A stretch of 64,000 nucleotides of DNA, taken from the IMG/VR virus record IMGVR_UViG_3300043446_004613, positions 124,001-188,000 of that record; one strand, given 5' to 3'. Every line of letters starts with the position of its first letter. Position 1 is the stretch's first letter. A program made the translations under genes and the position numbers. The notes under the pieces are model-generated. The model did no database searches. It was not told where the DNA came from and worked only from the letters and a program-made list of their open reading frames with translations. This document shows positions 17,909 to 26,670 of this stretch, piece by piece.

Positions 17909-19854
17909 CGCCAGCGGGCTGAACTGTATACACTCCCGGATTCGCTTACTTTCTCGACCAAAAGCACGTGGTCAGCGTAATTCGCTGCTACCGGGTTGTG
18001 ATCGACTAGAAACACAAGGATGCCGAGGCGCTGTGCTACTTCTTTCATGTAGGAATAGATGCTGTGGCAAACCTTTGGGTCTTGATGGGGCACGATCTCA
18101 TCATACCAGCGGTAACCGACACGACGTGATACCTGACCTACTTCCGAAAGGGTTTCTGCGATGATGAAGTTTGTTAGTCCGGCTTCTCCTTTCGAGCTAC
18201 CGCTCAAGTCTTTGTCCCCGAGCTTATTGTCCACTTCAATGTTCAGCTGGGCTTTCTCAAGACCGCTGGCAAGTTCACGGGTCGTGCTATAGCGCACTTC
18301 GATTGTACCGCCTGTCATGGCCGCGCTGATCCGGCGAGCTTCTTTGTTCAGCGGTGCAATCGCATCGCGCAGCACCATGTTCGGTATGCCGTACGGTGAA
18401 AAGGCCACGTTCCAGTACTCCAGAACCTTTATAGTGTCCTGATCATCGACAAGCGCCGCCGCTGCTGTTGCCAGCTTCTCTTTGGCCTGCTTCAGTGCGT
18501 CCTTGCGGTCGTTGTAGCGCACTTCGGCAGTCTTCAGCGCTGAGTCGGAAGGCCCGCTCTGCATACGGGCTGCCTCTAGCTCATAATCGCGGATTTCAGA
18601 CGTCGCCATCGCAATTCCCTGCTCCAACTCTTCAACCTGATCCGCGTAGTTTTCAACGTCAGCTTTGGCAGATAATTCCCGGTGTTTTTTGGCTACATCG
18701 CGATACTGGGTGTTAAGAGTCACGACGGTCTGCTCTGCCTTAACCCACTGTGCCTGCGCTTTTTCTGATGCTGCTTTGGCAACCTCCACGGCTTCGGCTA
18801 GTTCAACCTTACGGGCCTCGTCAATCTGACCCATAGGCCGTTTGCATGTCGGACACATACGAGCAGCGTTGACGTAGTTGCTGTATGCGGTACGTGCTTC
18901 ATGCAGGCAGATACCGGCAGCTGACCGCGCTTTGTCTAGCGGTTTACGCGCTTCTTCTGCCTGTTGAATGGCTTCCTCGATCTCGTGCATGCTGATCTCA
19001 AGCGCATGCGATTTATCGGCCCGTTCCTGCTCCATCTTGCGCAGCTGCTTGGCGATGCGGTCAATCTCGGCCTTTGCGTCTTGGATACTCTGTTTTTTAG
19101 TGTTGACGGCTTTCTCGATATTTTTGATCATGCGCTCGTTTTGGCGCACTGCCTCTTCGTAGTTTGTACGCTCTTGCGTATAAGCTGCTTTTGCAGTTGA
19201 AAGCGCGATGGCGGCCTGCTTTTCGGTGTCGAGTGCGACGCGGTGATTTGTCTCAGATTGATCCAGTGTACGACGATACTTCCCCAAAAAGCGCTTGCTG
19301 GCTTCGTGGTACTCATTCCACGGCGGTTGGCGCAGACTGGCCATTACCAGTTCAACAGAGTCTGCCTGTCCAAGTTTGTTGAACTTGATGCTGTCGCCGT
19401 CAATAAAAGCCGTCCATCCGGCAAGAAGGGGCGAAACGCCCAAAAGCTTGCTCAATTCACTGCGCGTCTGTTGAATCGTGCCGCGTTCAACCTTTTTAGA
19501 GTCATACGTGTAGCGCAAAGCTTCACCGGTTTTACTCATTTCCTTGCACTTATAGCCGGATTCGACGACTAGGGGCTTGCCGAGCAGGGTTGCCTCTACC
19601 TTGACGTAAGTATCCCCGGCTTTCTCGGAACTGAACTGTTTCAGCGACGTAAATCTGCCGTTGACGCCCAAGAGCGTACGACTGACGGCTTCGCCAATGC
19701 CGGTCTTACCGCTTCCGACAGATAGAAGCGCCCCGCCAGAGGCGTTGTTTACGCCTTGCACCAGCACCAAGCCTTTCTCTGGGAAGGTCAGGTCAACGCT
19801 GCGAAATTTCATCCAATTACGGATTGTGACTCGATCAAGTTTTAGGTCTACCAT
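17905..19854 (-). CDS. sbcC: SbcC/Rad50 (gp46-like) ATPase
   Basis: NWMKF start, Walker A ending GSGKT, long coiled coil with CPTC hook, LSG signature, WYDE Walker B, VDH switch. Confidence 0.88.
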   Translation of the reverse strand: MVDLKLDRVTIRNWMKFRSVDLTFPEKGLVLVQGVNNASGGALLSVGSGKTGIGEAVSRTLLGVNGRFTSLKQFSSEKAGDTYVKVEATLLGKPLVVESGYKCKEMSKTGEALRYTYDSKKVERGTIQQTRSELSKLLGVSPLLAGWTAFIDGDSIKFNKLGQADSVELVMASLRQPPWNEYHEASKRFLGKYRRTLDQSETNHRVALDTEKQAAIALSTAKAAYTQERTNYEEAVRQNERMIKNIEKAVNTKKQSIQDAKAEIDRIAKQLRKMEQERADKSHALEISMHEIEEAIQQAEEARKPLDKARSAAGICLHEARTAYSNYVNAARMCPTCKRPMGQIDEARKVELAEAVEVAKAASEKAQAQWVKAEQTVVTLNTQYRDVAKKHRELSAKADVENYADQVEELEQGIAMATSEIRDYELEAARMQSGPSDSALKTAEVRYNDRKDALKQAKEKLATAAAALVDDQDTIKVLEYWNVAFSPYGIPNMVLRDAIAPLNKEARRISAAMTGGTIEVRYSTTRELASGLEKAQLNIEVDNKLGDKDLSGSSKGEAGLTNFIIAETLSEVGQVSRRVGYRWYDEIVPHQDPKVCHSIYSYMKEVAQRLGILVFLVDHNPVAANYADHVLLVEKVSESGSVYSSARWR

Positions 19855-19886
19855 ACTCTTCAAAGAACAGGATGTAGTTAATCCGA

Positions 19887-20663
19887 ATGATACTCGCGCA
19901 CGCTATTGTTGACGTACTGCTCGAAGCCAGCCAACCGTCGGCTGGTGACGCAAAAGGTGTCTATGTTTTTGGTCGAGGATTACCGGCAAGTGGTTATCCA
20001 GCGCCCACCTTTGAAAAGCTTATTGAGCAATTTCGCGAATACGGTTTCATCGACGCAAACGTAAAAGACAGCGCTAATTTGATGAGCCAGCTGGTAAAGA
20101 CCGGGTACACTTTTATATTTAAGCGCAGCCAGAACGACATTGAAGTGATTGGACGTATTCCAGTTGAAACGTCTGCTGCGAAATACGTAGAGCAGTATCT
20201 CGGAATGGAAGATAAAACAGTCGTTCAGTATCGGCGCGATGTGTTTGCTACGCCTACAAAGATGAGCGCTGAAAAGATTTTCTCCAAAGAGGAATCTCAA
20301 GGGATGAAGCCCCTCAACAGTTCAACGCGGATTGGCATCGGCTACGAGACGGCAAAAGAAGGCATCAAAATCGTCGAAGTCCATCAGAACGGCCCAGCAG
20401 CGCAAGCTGGTCTTAAAGCGGGGATGATTCTGACTTACGCTTGGATTGATTTTGGTCAAGGTCATGGTTCTGACTGGTACAAGCTAACCTCTGAGGAAAG
20501 CCTTGCAGTAGTGCTAAGCGCAGCCCAGCCCGGAAAACCGTTGATGCTCAAAATTCTTGTTGGAGGTACCTACCAAAATTTTCCGGTAATCCCTGTCGCA
20601 AACCAGCAGGGAGGCCCACAGAAACCGCCAGCAGCCGGTTCAACCTCCGGTTCTAAACCTTGA
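19887..20663 (+). CDS. PDZ-domain protein, candidate internal head protein
   Basis: RIGIGY...IKIVEVHQNGPAAQAGLKAGMIL is a PDZ signature; N-terminal AHAIVDVLLE. Confidence 0.65.
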   Translation: MILAHAIVDVLLEASQPSAGDAKGVYVFGRGLPASGYPAPTFEKLIEQFREYGFIDANVKDSANLMSQLVKTGYTFIFKRSQNDIEVIGRIPVETSAAKYVEQYLGMEDKTVVQYRRDVFATPTKMSAEKIFSKEESQGMKPLNSSTRIGIGYETAKEGIKIVEVHQNGPAAQAGLKAGMILTYAWIDFGQGHGSDWYKLTSEESLAVVLSAAQPGKPLMLKILVGGTYQNFPVIPVANQQGGPQKPPAAGSTSGSKP

Positions 20664-20664
20664 T

Positions 20665-22095
20665 ATGCCTCTTTGGCTCGAAGAACGCCTGACGTTTGAT
20701 AAACTGTTTCGGATCAGCGATCCGAAGCGGGTCTATCGTTCTTTTACCGTACGCGGGCCGCCACTGGAGATCGACTCCTATCAGGATGTCGTCTATTACA
20801 TCTTCAATTTCAAGTCCAGCCCAAGCACAACCGGATTACGGCATCGCGGGTACGTCAAGTTTTTCAAACCGAAAAACAAGAGTCCCAAAAGCGTGCCGCT
20901 CCAGCATTTGGATTGCTTGGTTGATTGCACGTGTCCCGACTTCCGTTATCGCTGGGCATGGGCAAACAAGCAGCGCCAAAGCAGCGTTGTCGGCCCGAAC
21001 TCGCTTAATCAGGCGTGGAATAAAGCGCCGCGTAAAACGAATCCATCCGGTAAGCCGGGTCTGTGCAAGCACATCTTGGCGGCGCGGCAGTACATCTACG
21101 GTTTGATGTCCGCGTTCCCCGGTGATGAACCAGATACGGCATATAAGCTTGACCGTCTGACCAAATACGCGACCAAACGCTGGACTGATTTTGAAGGTCA
21201 GATGCAAGCAGCCAAGGAGCGTGAAAAAGAAATTCGCCGTCGGCGCGAACAGCGTAATCTTGGCCAGCTGCCACTGACACCACCACCGTTACCTGCTGCC
21301 TCAAAGGCTCCAGCGTCTACACCTGTACGGCCAGTGTCTACAGAACCGAGTGTCGATGCTGTGAAGTCAGCACCGCAGGCGCAAAAGCCCAAGGCGACCA
21401 CGGCGTTCAAAAGCGCATCACCGGAACCTTTGCCTACCGATGTTACCGCTAAAAAGCCTGCTACACCGCAGCAAAAACAAGTTTCCGTTAAACCAGCACT
21501 GACACCGACATCGAAGCCGAAACGTGTGATCGGAAACCGTATCGTGCAGCCGTATAATCCTAGTGACAAGTACTGGATCAAACCAGAGGAGGCACTGCTG
21601 TGTGTGCCGATACGCGATATTATTTTGGAGAGTGTAGTTAGTGCGAACGGTAAAAGTATGAGCAACATCAAAGAAGCCATCAAACTCGTCGAGGAACTGG
21701 AAGCTGACGAAATTCAGCTTGGTGACGAAATGCCTGCAACTGACATGGGCTTGGGTAGCGACATCGGCGGTGAAACGCTGGAACCGAGCGAACCTGCCGT
21801 CAGTGACAGCGCTATCGGTGCCGATACGGAAGGCGACACGGCGCTTAGCCTCCTCCGCTCCATCAAAACCTCTCTTGAACAGATTGCCGCCGCAGTCGCT
21901 CCTGTCGACGCTCTCCCTGCCCCCGGTGAAGCCGGTGAAGGCGTGGAAGGTGCCGAAGAAGCTCCGATGCCCGGCATGCCTCCCGCTGATCTCGGTGCCG
22001 AAGCCGCTGCCGAGGGTGAAACCCCGGAAGAGGAAGAAGCCGAGCACGAAGACGACGAAGCCGAAGCTGAAGCTGAAGGCGAAGAAAAAGAGTAA
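20665..22095 (+). CDS. SWIM zinc-finger protein with Pro/Lys linker and acidic tail
   Basis: VDCTCPDF...LCKHIL (CxC...CxH); possible internal start at 21658. Confidence 0.65.
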   Translation: MPLWLEERLTFDKLFRISDPKRVYRSFTVRGPPLEIDSYQDVVYYIFNFKSSPSTTGLRHRGYVKFFKPKNKSPKSVPLQHLDCLVDCTCPDFRYRWAWANKQRQSSVVGPNSLNQAWNKAPRKTNPSGKPGLCKHILAARQYIYGLMSAFPGDEPDTAYKLDRLTKYATKRWTDFEGQMQAAKEREKEIRRRREQRNLGQLPLTPPPLPAASKAPASTPVRPVSTEPSVDAVKSAPQAQKPKATTAFKSASPEPLPTDVTAKKPATPQQKQVSVKPALTPTSKPKRVIGNRIVQPYNPSDKYWIKPEEALLCVPIRDIILESVVSANGKSMSNIKEAIKLVEELEADEIQLGDEMPATDMGLGSDIGGETLEPSEPAVSDSAIGADTEGDTALSLLRSIKTSLEQIAAAVAPVDALPAPGEAGEGVEGAEEAPMPGMPPADLGAEAAAEGETPEEEEAEHEDDEAEAEAEGEEKE

Positions 22096-22113
22096 CCATT
22101 TACATTCGACACT

Positions 22114-22572
22114 ATGAACCCCGGTGAATATACAAGCCCGCTTGTTCGCAAGACGCTGGTTCAGTGTCCTGTTGTTTCCGGTTACGTGACTTCGCGCCTG
22201 TACACGCAGGACGATTATCCGCCGACCATTTCCGGCGGTACGACTGCGACGAACATGCTCGTGACGTTTGAGAACGTGGGTAACACCCAGTTCGCCGTTT
22301 ACTTGCGCGAAACCAACGACCGGAGCATCAGCGGCATCCGCTACAACCTGACCGATAATCCGGTCAATCTGGTACCCGGCGGTCAGCAGACCAAAATGCT
22401 CAGTGGCACCCGCAGCTTCCTTGAAGTGTATTGCTCTGGAACTACGGCTGGCCAGCTGCGTATGCAGATCGACTCGCAACGTCGTTGGAGTGAACTTGGG
22501 TTTGCGAAGGATGATCCGTTCTATCCGCCGCAGCTGTGGCAAGCCACGGTTCTTCCCGGCCCGATCACTTAA
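22114..22572 (+). CDS. putative virion beta-sandwich protein (paralog of 33345 and 50680 genes)
   Basis: shared hhhxNxGxN motif; biased codons. Confidence 0.55.
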   Translation: MNPGEYTSPLVRKTLVQCPVVSGYVTSRLYTQDDYPPTISGGTTATNMLVTFENVGNTQFAVYLRETNDRSISGIRYNLTDNPVNLVPGGQQTKMLSGTRSFLEVYCSGTTAGQLRMQIDSQRRWSELGFAKDDPFYPPQLWQATVLPGPIT

Positions 22573-23892
22573 TCAAACCGGTTTTCCGGTACTTGCGTCC
22601 GCCACGATCGCATAGGTTGTGGCGGACGACTGTTTTCCGGCACCGCGTGTGCGTTCTGAGGATTGGACTTCAGGGATGCTTGGGAAGTAACCCGGCGCTT
22701 GGCTTTCAGGAACTAGCTGGTTTTGCGCGTTCTGTACGGTAAGACTTTGATCCTGACCGCGAAATTCTCCGCGCTGCAATGTATACACCGAGTGAACAGA
22801 CTGCTTTCTTACGATGTGTAGCGCTTCTGTTACAAGGTAGTATCCGCTGTGGCTGCTGGCACGATCGGACTGCTGCGTCATCGATACGTTCAGCAAATCA
22901 CCGTGCCGAATAGTGATTGTCTTCTCAAGCTCGACAGTACAGACGAAAGTTTGCTGGCGTGCCCGCTGATACTGATACTGGGCGATTGCAGCAGCTTCGG
23001 CGGCCCCGTTATCGGACAGGTGGTAGGACATGGTGTACTGCCCATTCGGCACACTGCTGTACTGATAGATGTTATCTGAAAGCTTGAGTGCTTTTTCAGG
23101 CAAACTGGACACCTCTTTGGTTTCACCTGTCTTGGGATCGTACTGAATGATGCGCAATCCGGCGAGGCCTGTATCCCAAAGAACAGGTTCCTGACTCCGA
23201 TCGACTACGTTCAAGCTCGTGCCGTAAACGCTGTAGTAGTCCATCAAACGCACCGTAGATTGGTAGTCTGGCGTATGAAAATGCAGCACGTTATCGCGGA
23301 TGAAGAAGTAGTACCCTCCGTGCCCGACTGTGTTGACTGCACGCGGTAAAAGGCGCTCGATAACAAAACGCGTATCATCGATGAAAGTCTGGTAGTAGAT
23401 GAAGTCCCCGCTCGTTTCTTCCACCACGCAATCGAGCTTGTTTTCAGCGGCGATCGCTTTGACGATGTCACTGATCTTGCCTTTGCGGGCTACTACTTTA
23501 TTAGAGCGCTCAATTCGTAACAGGTCATTTGCAGTCTTGAATACGATCGTATGGCCAGACGTGTTAGCTATACCTTCAAATTTGCTGCTGTAGCATACGA
23601 TGATGTGTTGTTGCCAAGGCAGCCAGTACATTTTGGTGGGTGTGCCGAAACCAAGGCGAAATTCCAGCACCGGGTCTGCATCAGCCATAACCTGCTTTAC
23701 GCTCTCAACAAAAGCCGGGTCGTTCGTCGTAAAAGTGTGTGTACAAAAGCCCGTAGACATCATGCTTTCGCGCAATTCGGCTTGGTAAAGGGTAACAACG
23801 TTCGGATTGAACACGAGCGTCTTGTTGTCCTTCAAAACCAGCTTATACTGTAGCTGAGCTTGACCTTCTAGGGCTTGAACGGTTTCAGGCAT
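22573..23892 (-). CDS. baseplate hub protein (gp27/GPD-like)
   Basis: ISDIVKAIA, DTRFVIERL, YYFFIRDNVLHF and GYYLVTEALH pattern of hub/late-control D proteins. Confidence 0.72.
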   Translation of the reverse strand: MPETVQALEGQAQLQYKLVLKDNKTLVFNPNVVTLYQAELRESMMSTGFCTHTFTTNDPAFVESVKQVMADADPVLEFRLGFGTPTKMYWLPWQQHIIVCYSSKFEGIANTSGHTIVFKTANDLLRIERSNKVVARKGKISDIVKAIAAENKLDCVVEETSGDFIYYQTFIDDTRFVIERLLPRAVNTVGHGGYYFFIRDNVLHFHTPDYQSTVRLMDYYSVYGTSLNVVDRSQEPVLWDTGLAGLRIIQYDPKTGETKEVSSLPEKALKLSDNIYQYSSVPNGQYTMSYHLSDNGAAEAAAIAQYQYQRARQQTFVCTVELEKTITIRHGDLLNVSMTQQSDRASSHSGYYLVTEALHIVRKQSVHSVYTLQRGEFRGQDQSLTVQNAQNQLVPESQAPGYFPSIPEVQSSERTRGAGKQSSATTYAIVADASTGKPV

Positions 23893-23903
23893 AATGTATA
23901 CAG

Positions 23904-24212
23904 TCAGCCCTCATCCACAGCCACAAAACTGCGTTCAAGCAGTTCGAGAACATGGCTGGATAGGCCGACATCGTACAACGCGATTGACGCATCGTCGATT
24001 TCGATTGCGTCGATCATGCGCTCAACGGTGTTACTGTTGGCAAAAATCATGGAACATTCGGAAGCGCTCAGTTCGATGCCATCTTCTGCGACTGCCGCTT
24101 CATCGTTTGGATAAATCACGGCTTTTGACGTTTTAACCACGTCAACGTCGCTCTGGATGTGCTCAGAGCTAAGGTCTTCCAACAACTGTACAAGTGCGTT
24201 TGGTTTTTTCAT
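23904..24212 (-). CDS. hypothetical protein
   Basis: starts MKKPNALVQLLE. Confidence 0.5.
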   Translation of the reverse strand: MKKPNALVQLLEDLSSEHIQSDVDVVKTSKAVIYPNDEAAVAEDGIELSASECSMIFANSNTVERMIDAIEIDDASIALYDVGLSSHVLELLERSFVAVDEG

Positions 24213-24232
24213 TCTGCTAGAATAGTTACGGT

Positions 24233-24787
24233 GTGACATTCAACGAGCGCAAAGAGTGGCAATACGACATGGCTCAGTACGGTCTGGCTGATACCCAAAC
24301 CGCGCTGAAGATACACGCGGAGTACATCAACAAGATGTCTCCCCGGCCATATCCCAAATTCTATGAGATCGACCGCCGCTCTGAGCGCTACGATGACCTT
24401 TGGCACGTACCGTTGGACGATAGAACCAAGTTTAGCCGGGTTATTGATGAACTTCCGGTCATCGTTCAAGCGGAGCGCCCGGACTGGCGTTTGACACGTG
24501 TCGGTATCGTACCGCAGCAAAAATACAAGGTCTGGATGTCCAATCTCGGCCTACAGGCTGCGAACTACTTTCCAACCCGTGGTGACATCATGTACTACAA
24601 TGGTTATCGGAACATGATCATCAATGTGGTGATTGAGCCGACATCCATGTGGATGCAGACCAATGTCTGGCTGGGCCTGCTGGTCGAAACAACCATTCCG
24701 GCGGACGGCGATGCGCGTCCGTTGGTCAGCCCGAACGAACCAGCGCCGTCAGAACGTATACAAACACGCCCGCTGCCTGAAGCATGA
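24233..24787 (+). CDS. putative neck/head-closure protein
   Basis: 184-aa beta-rich protein with PTRGDIMYYNG motif, upstream of the tail terminator and sheath. Confidence 0.45.
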   Translation: MTFNERKEWQYDMAQYGLADTQTALKIHAEYINKMSPRPYPKFYEIDRRSERYDDLWHVPLDDRTKFSRVIDELPVIVQAERPDWRLTRVGIVPQQKYKVWMSNLGLQAANYFPTRGDIMYYNGYRNMIINVVIEPTSMWMQTNVWLGLLVETTIPADGDARPLVSPNEPAPSERIQTRPLPEA

Positions 24788-25131
24788 TAATGGACGCGCT
24801 AAAGCGGACTATCGACCAGTCGATTAAGACACGACTGGCGAACCCAGCGCAACGTAAACAGGTTGTAGACACCGTGCTGGCAGGATTTGAGCATCTGCGT
24901 AAAAATCCAGTGCCCGATTTGCCCGAGCGCACGCAAAAACTACGCCAGCGCGTTGAAAAGCTGGCGCAGGAAGTAGCGGTAGAGTTTTCCGGTGATAAGC
25001 TCGTAGTTAAGGTGGCCGGGGCGTCAGAGTCGTTGTTGGTAGAGCTTAGACGCGGCACAAACTGGTATGCGCCGTGGGAAGAGATTGACGTGATTGTTCT
25101 GGCTGCGATATTAAAAGACCCAAGCAAGTAG
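24784..25131 (+). CDS. hypothetical (possible head-tail) protein
   Basis: 115 aa, ATGA coupled, ELRRGT motif. Confidence 0.5.
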   Translation: MIMDALKRTIDQSIKTRLANPAQRKQVVDTVLAGFEHLRKNPVPDLPERTQKLRQRVEKLAQEVAVEFSGDKLVVKVAGASESLLVELRRGTNWYAPWEEIDVIVLAAILKDPSK

Positions 25132-25140
25132 TTAAGTCAA

Positions 25141-25404
25141 ATGAAAGACCTCAAAAAGATCATTTCGGAATCCGTCGTGAACGGCGGCAAGAACTATGTG
25201 AGCGAAGCCGTGAACCAGATTCTCGGCGAAGACGTCTCTAGCGGCCAAACGGTCGCAGTTGTTGACGATCCGATCAGCGGTATGACCGGTGCCAAAGGCA
25301 AGGTCAAATCCATCAGCGACTCCAATCCCGGATTCGCGGACGTGGAGCTTGAAAACGGCACCACGGTGAAGATGCAGACTTCGCTGCTCGTTCCCGTCAA
25401 GTAA
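25141..25404 (+). CDS. small SH3/KOW-like protein, probably abundant
   Basis: GQTVAVV...GAKGKVKSI...ADVEL pattern; own upstream motif and terminator; biased codons. Confidence 0.55.
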   Translation: MKDLKKIISESVVNGGKNYVSEAVNQILGEDVSSGQTVAVVDDPISGMTGAKGKVKSISDSNPGFADVELENGTTVKMQTSLLVPVK

Positions 25405-25422
25405 CACCGTGAGTTATTTTGC

Positions 25423-25468
25423 CAGCGAGCACGGCGGCTAAAAAGGCTGCCGTGCTCGCTGTTTCTTT
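25423..25468 (+). terminator. Rho-independent terminator
   Basis: 16-bp stem cagcgagcacggcggc / gctgccgtgctcgctg followed by tttcttt. Confidence 0.8.
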
Positions 25469-25488
25469 ACAGACCCGTAATTAAGTGT

Positions 25489-26562
25489 GTGAACGTACCG
25501 AATTGGAAAGGTAACACGCTGAACACGCAGGCCGGTGCCTTGGCTGGCACCAGTATGCGTTATCATGAACTGGCGCTCCAACAGTGGCTGAACACAGTGT
25601 TCAAACTGCGCTGGGGCGTGCCGGTGCCTGTTGTATTCTCTACACCGATGGACGCGTTCAGCGCGTTCAACAAGCTCTGGGCCGAAAACGACAACGTGTT
25701 CAAATACCTGTTGGACGTAAAAGACGAGGAAGGCCGACCGGTGTATCAGCCGTATCCACAGCCGGTGCGCTACCCGATCATAAGTGTATACAGAAAAGGC
25801 TGGAAGCTGCGTCAGTCGCATAACTTCTCGATTCACCGGATGCGCTACATCAACTGGCCCACGGTCAGCAGCACCGGCTCAAGTGTATACGGGCGACCCG
25901 ATCAAGGTGATAACCTTACCCAGTGCAACATGGGTCACGTGACAACGAGCCGTTTTCCGATGGCTTTCGATTACCGTTTCCAGATCGATCATTTTTGTAA
26001 CCGCCCGGATACGCAGGCATTTTATATTTCGCAGCTGTTCCGCGAATTTTGGCGTACAGGAGGCCCGACGATGCAGACATGGATCGTCGTGAATTATCCC
26101 GGTTTAGGCTCAAAGCTTGTTCGACTTTATGTCGACGGTGAAATCCAGAACATGACGCCGGAAGAACCGGAAGATGGCAAGAGCGTTGAATTTCGCACCA
26201 GTTTCACCGTCGTGCTGGAAGGTTACGATATTGACCTCGATTATCAGATTTATCCGACGCTATGGAAACTGGTGCTGCGCAGCGGAAGCGTTGATCCGGC
26301 GGCACTGACTGACGCGTTTAACGCACTAACCATAGACATGCGCGAACAGCCGGATAATAGCGTCGTAAACTATCGCAGCAAGATGGGTGCGATGCCACCT
26401 GAAGGCGATTGCCCGCAAAAACTGCGTGACGCTCGCTTGGAGCGCGAGCAGGTACAGGTTACCGTGCTTGAAGCATTACAGGTTACAACGCAAGGGCCTT
26501 CCGGTTATCCGCCAGCAGCCGGAGTTACCGCTTTCGGTACTGCTTCACTAGCTTCAGTGTAA
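25489..26562 (+). CDS. tail terminator/completion protein (gp15-like)
   Basis: position before the sheath; PMAFDYRFQID and FRTSFTVVLEG segments resemble gp15-type folds. Confidence 0.55.
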   Translation: MNVPNWKGNTLNTQAGALAGTSMRYHELALQQWLNTVFKLRWGVPVPVVFSTPMDAFSAFNKLWAENDNVFKYLLDVKDEEGRPVYQPYPQPVRYPIISVYRKGWKLRQSHNFSIHRMRYINWPTVSSTGSSVYGRPDQGDNLTQCNMGHVTTSRFPMAFDYRFQIDHFCNRPDTQAFYISQLFREFWRTGGPTMQTWIVVNYPGLGSKLVRLYVDGEIQNMTPEEPEDGKSVEFRTSFTVVLEGYDIDLDYQIYPTLWKLVLRSGSVDPAALTDAFNALTIDMREQPDNSVVNYRSKMGAMPPEGDCPQKLRDARLEREQVQVTVLEALQVTTQGPSGYPPAAGVTAFGTASLASV

Positions 26563-26670
26563 ACACCCGCGAGTACGTGGCGTTGCGTTAAGTGCGCTGA
26601 ATGATACTGGTAGTTAAAAGTGTGAGCGCGGTTTTAATAGATTAGCGCGTAGTTAAGACAGCAAAAGATT

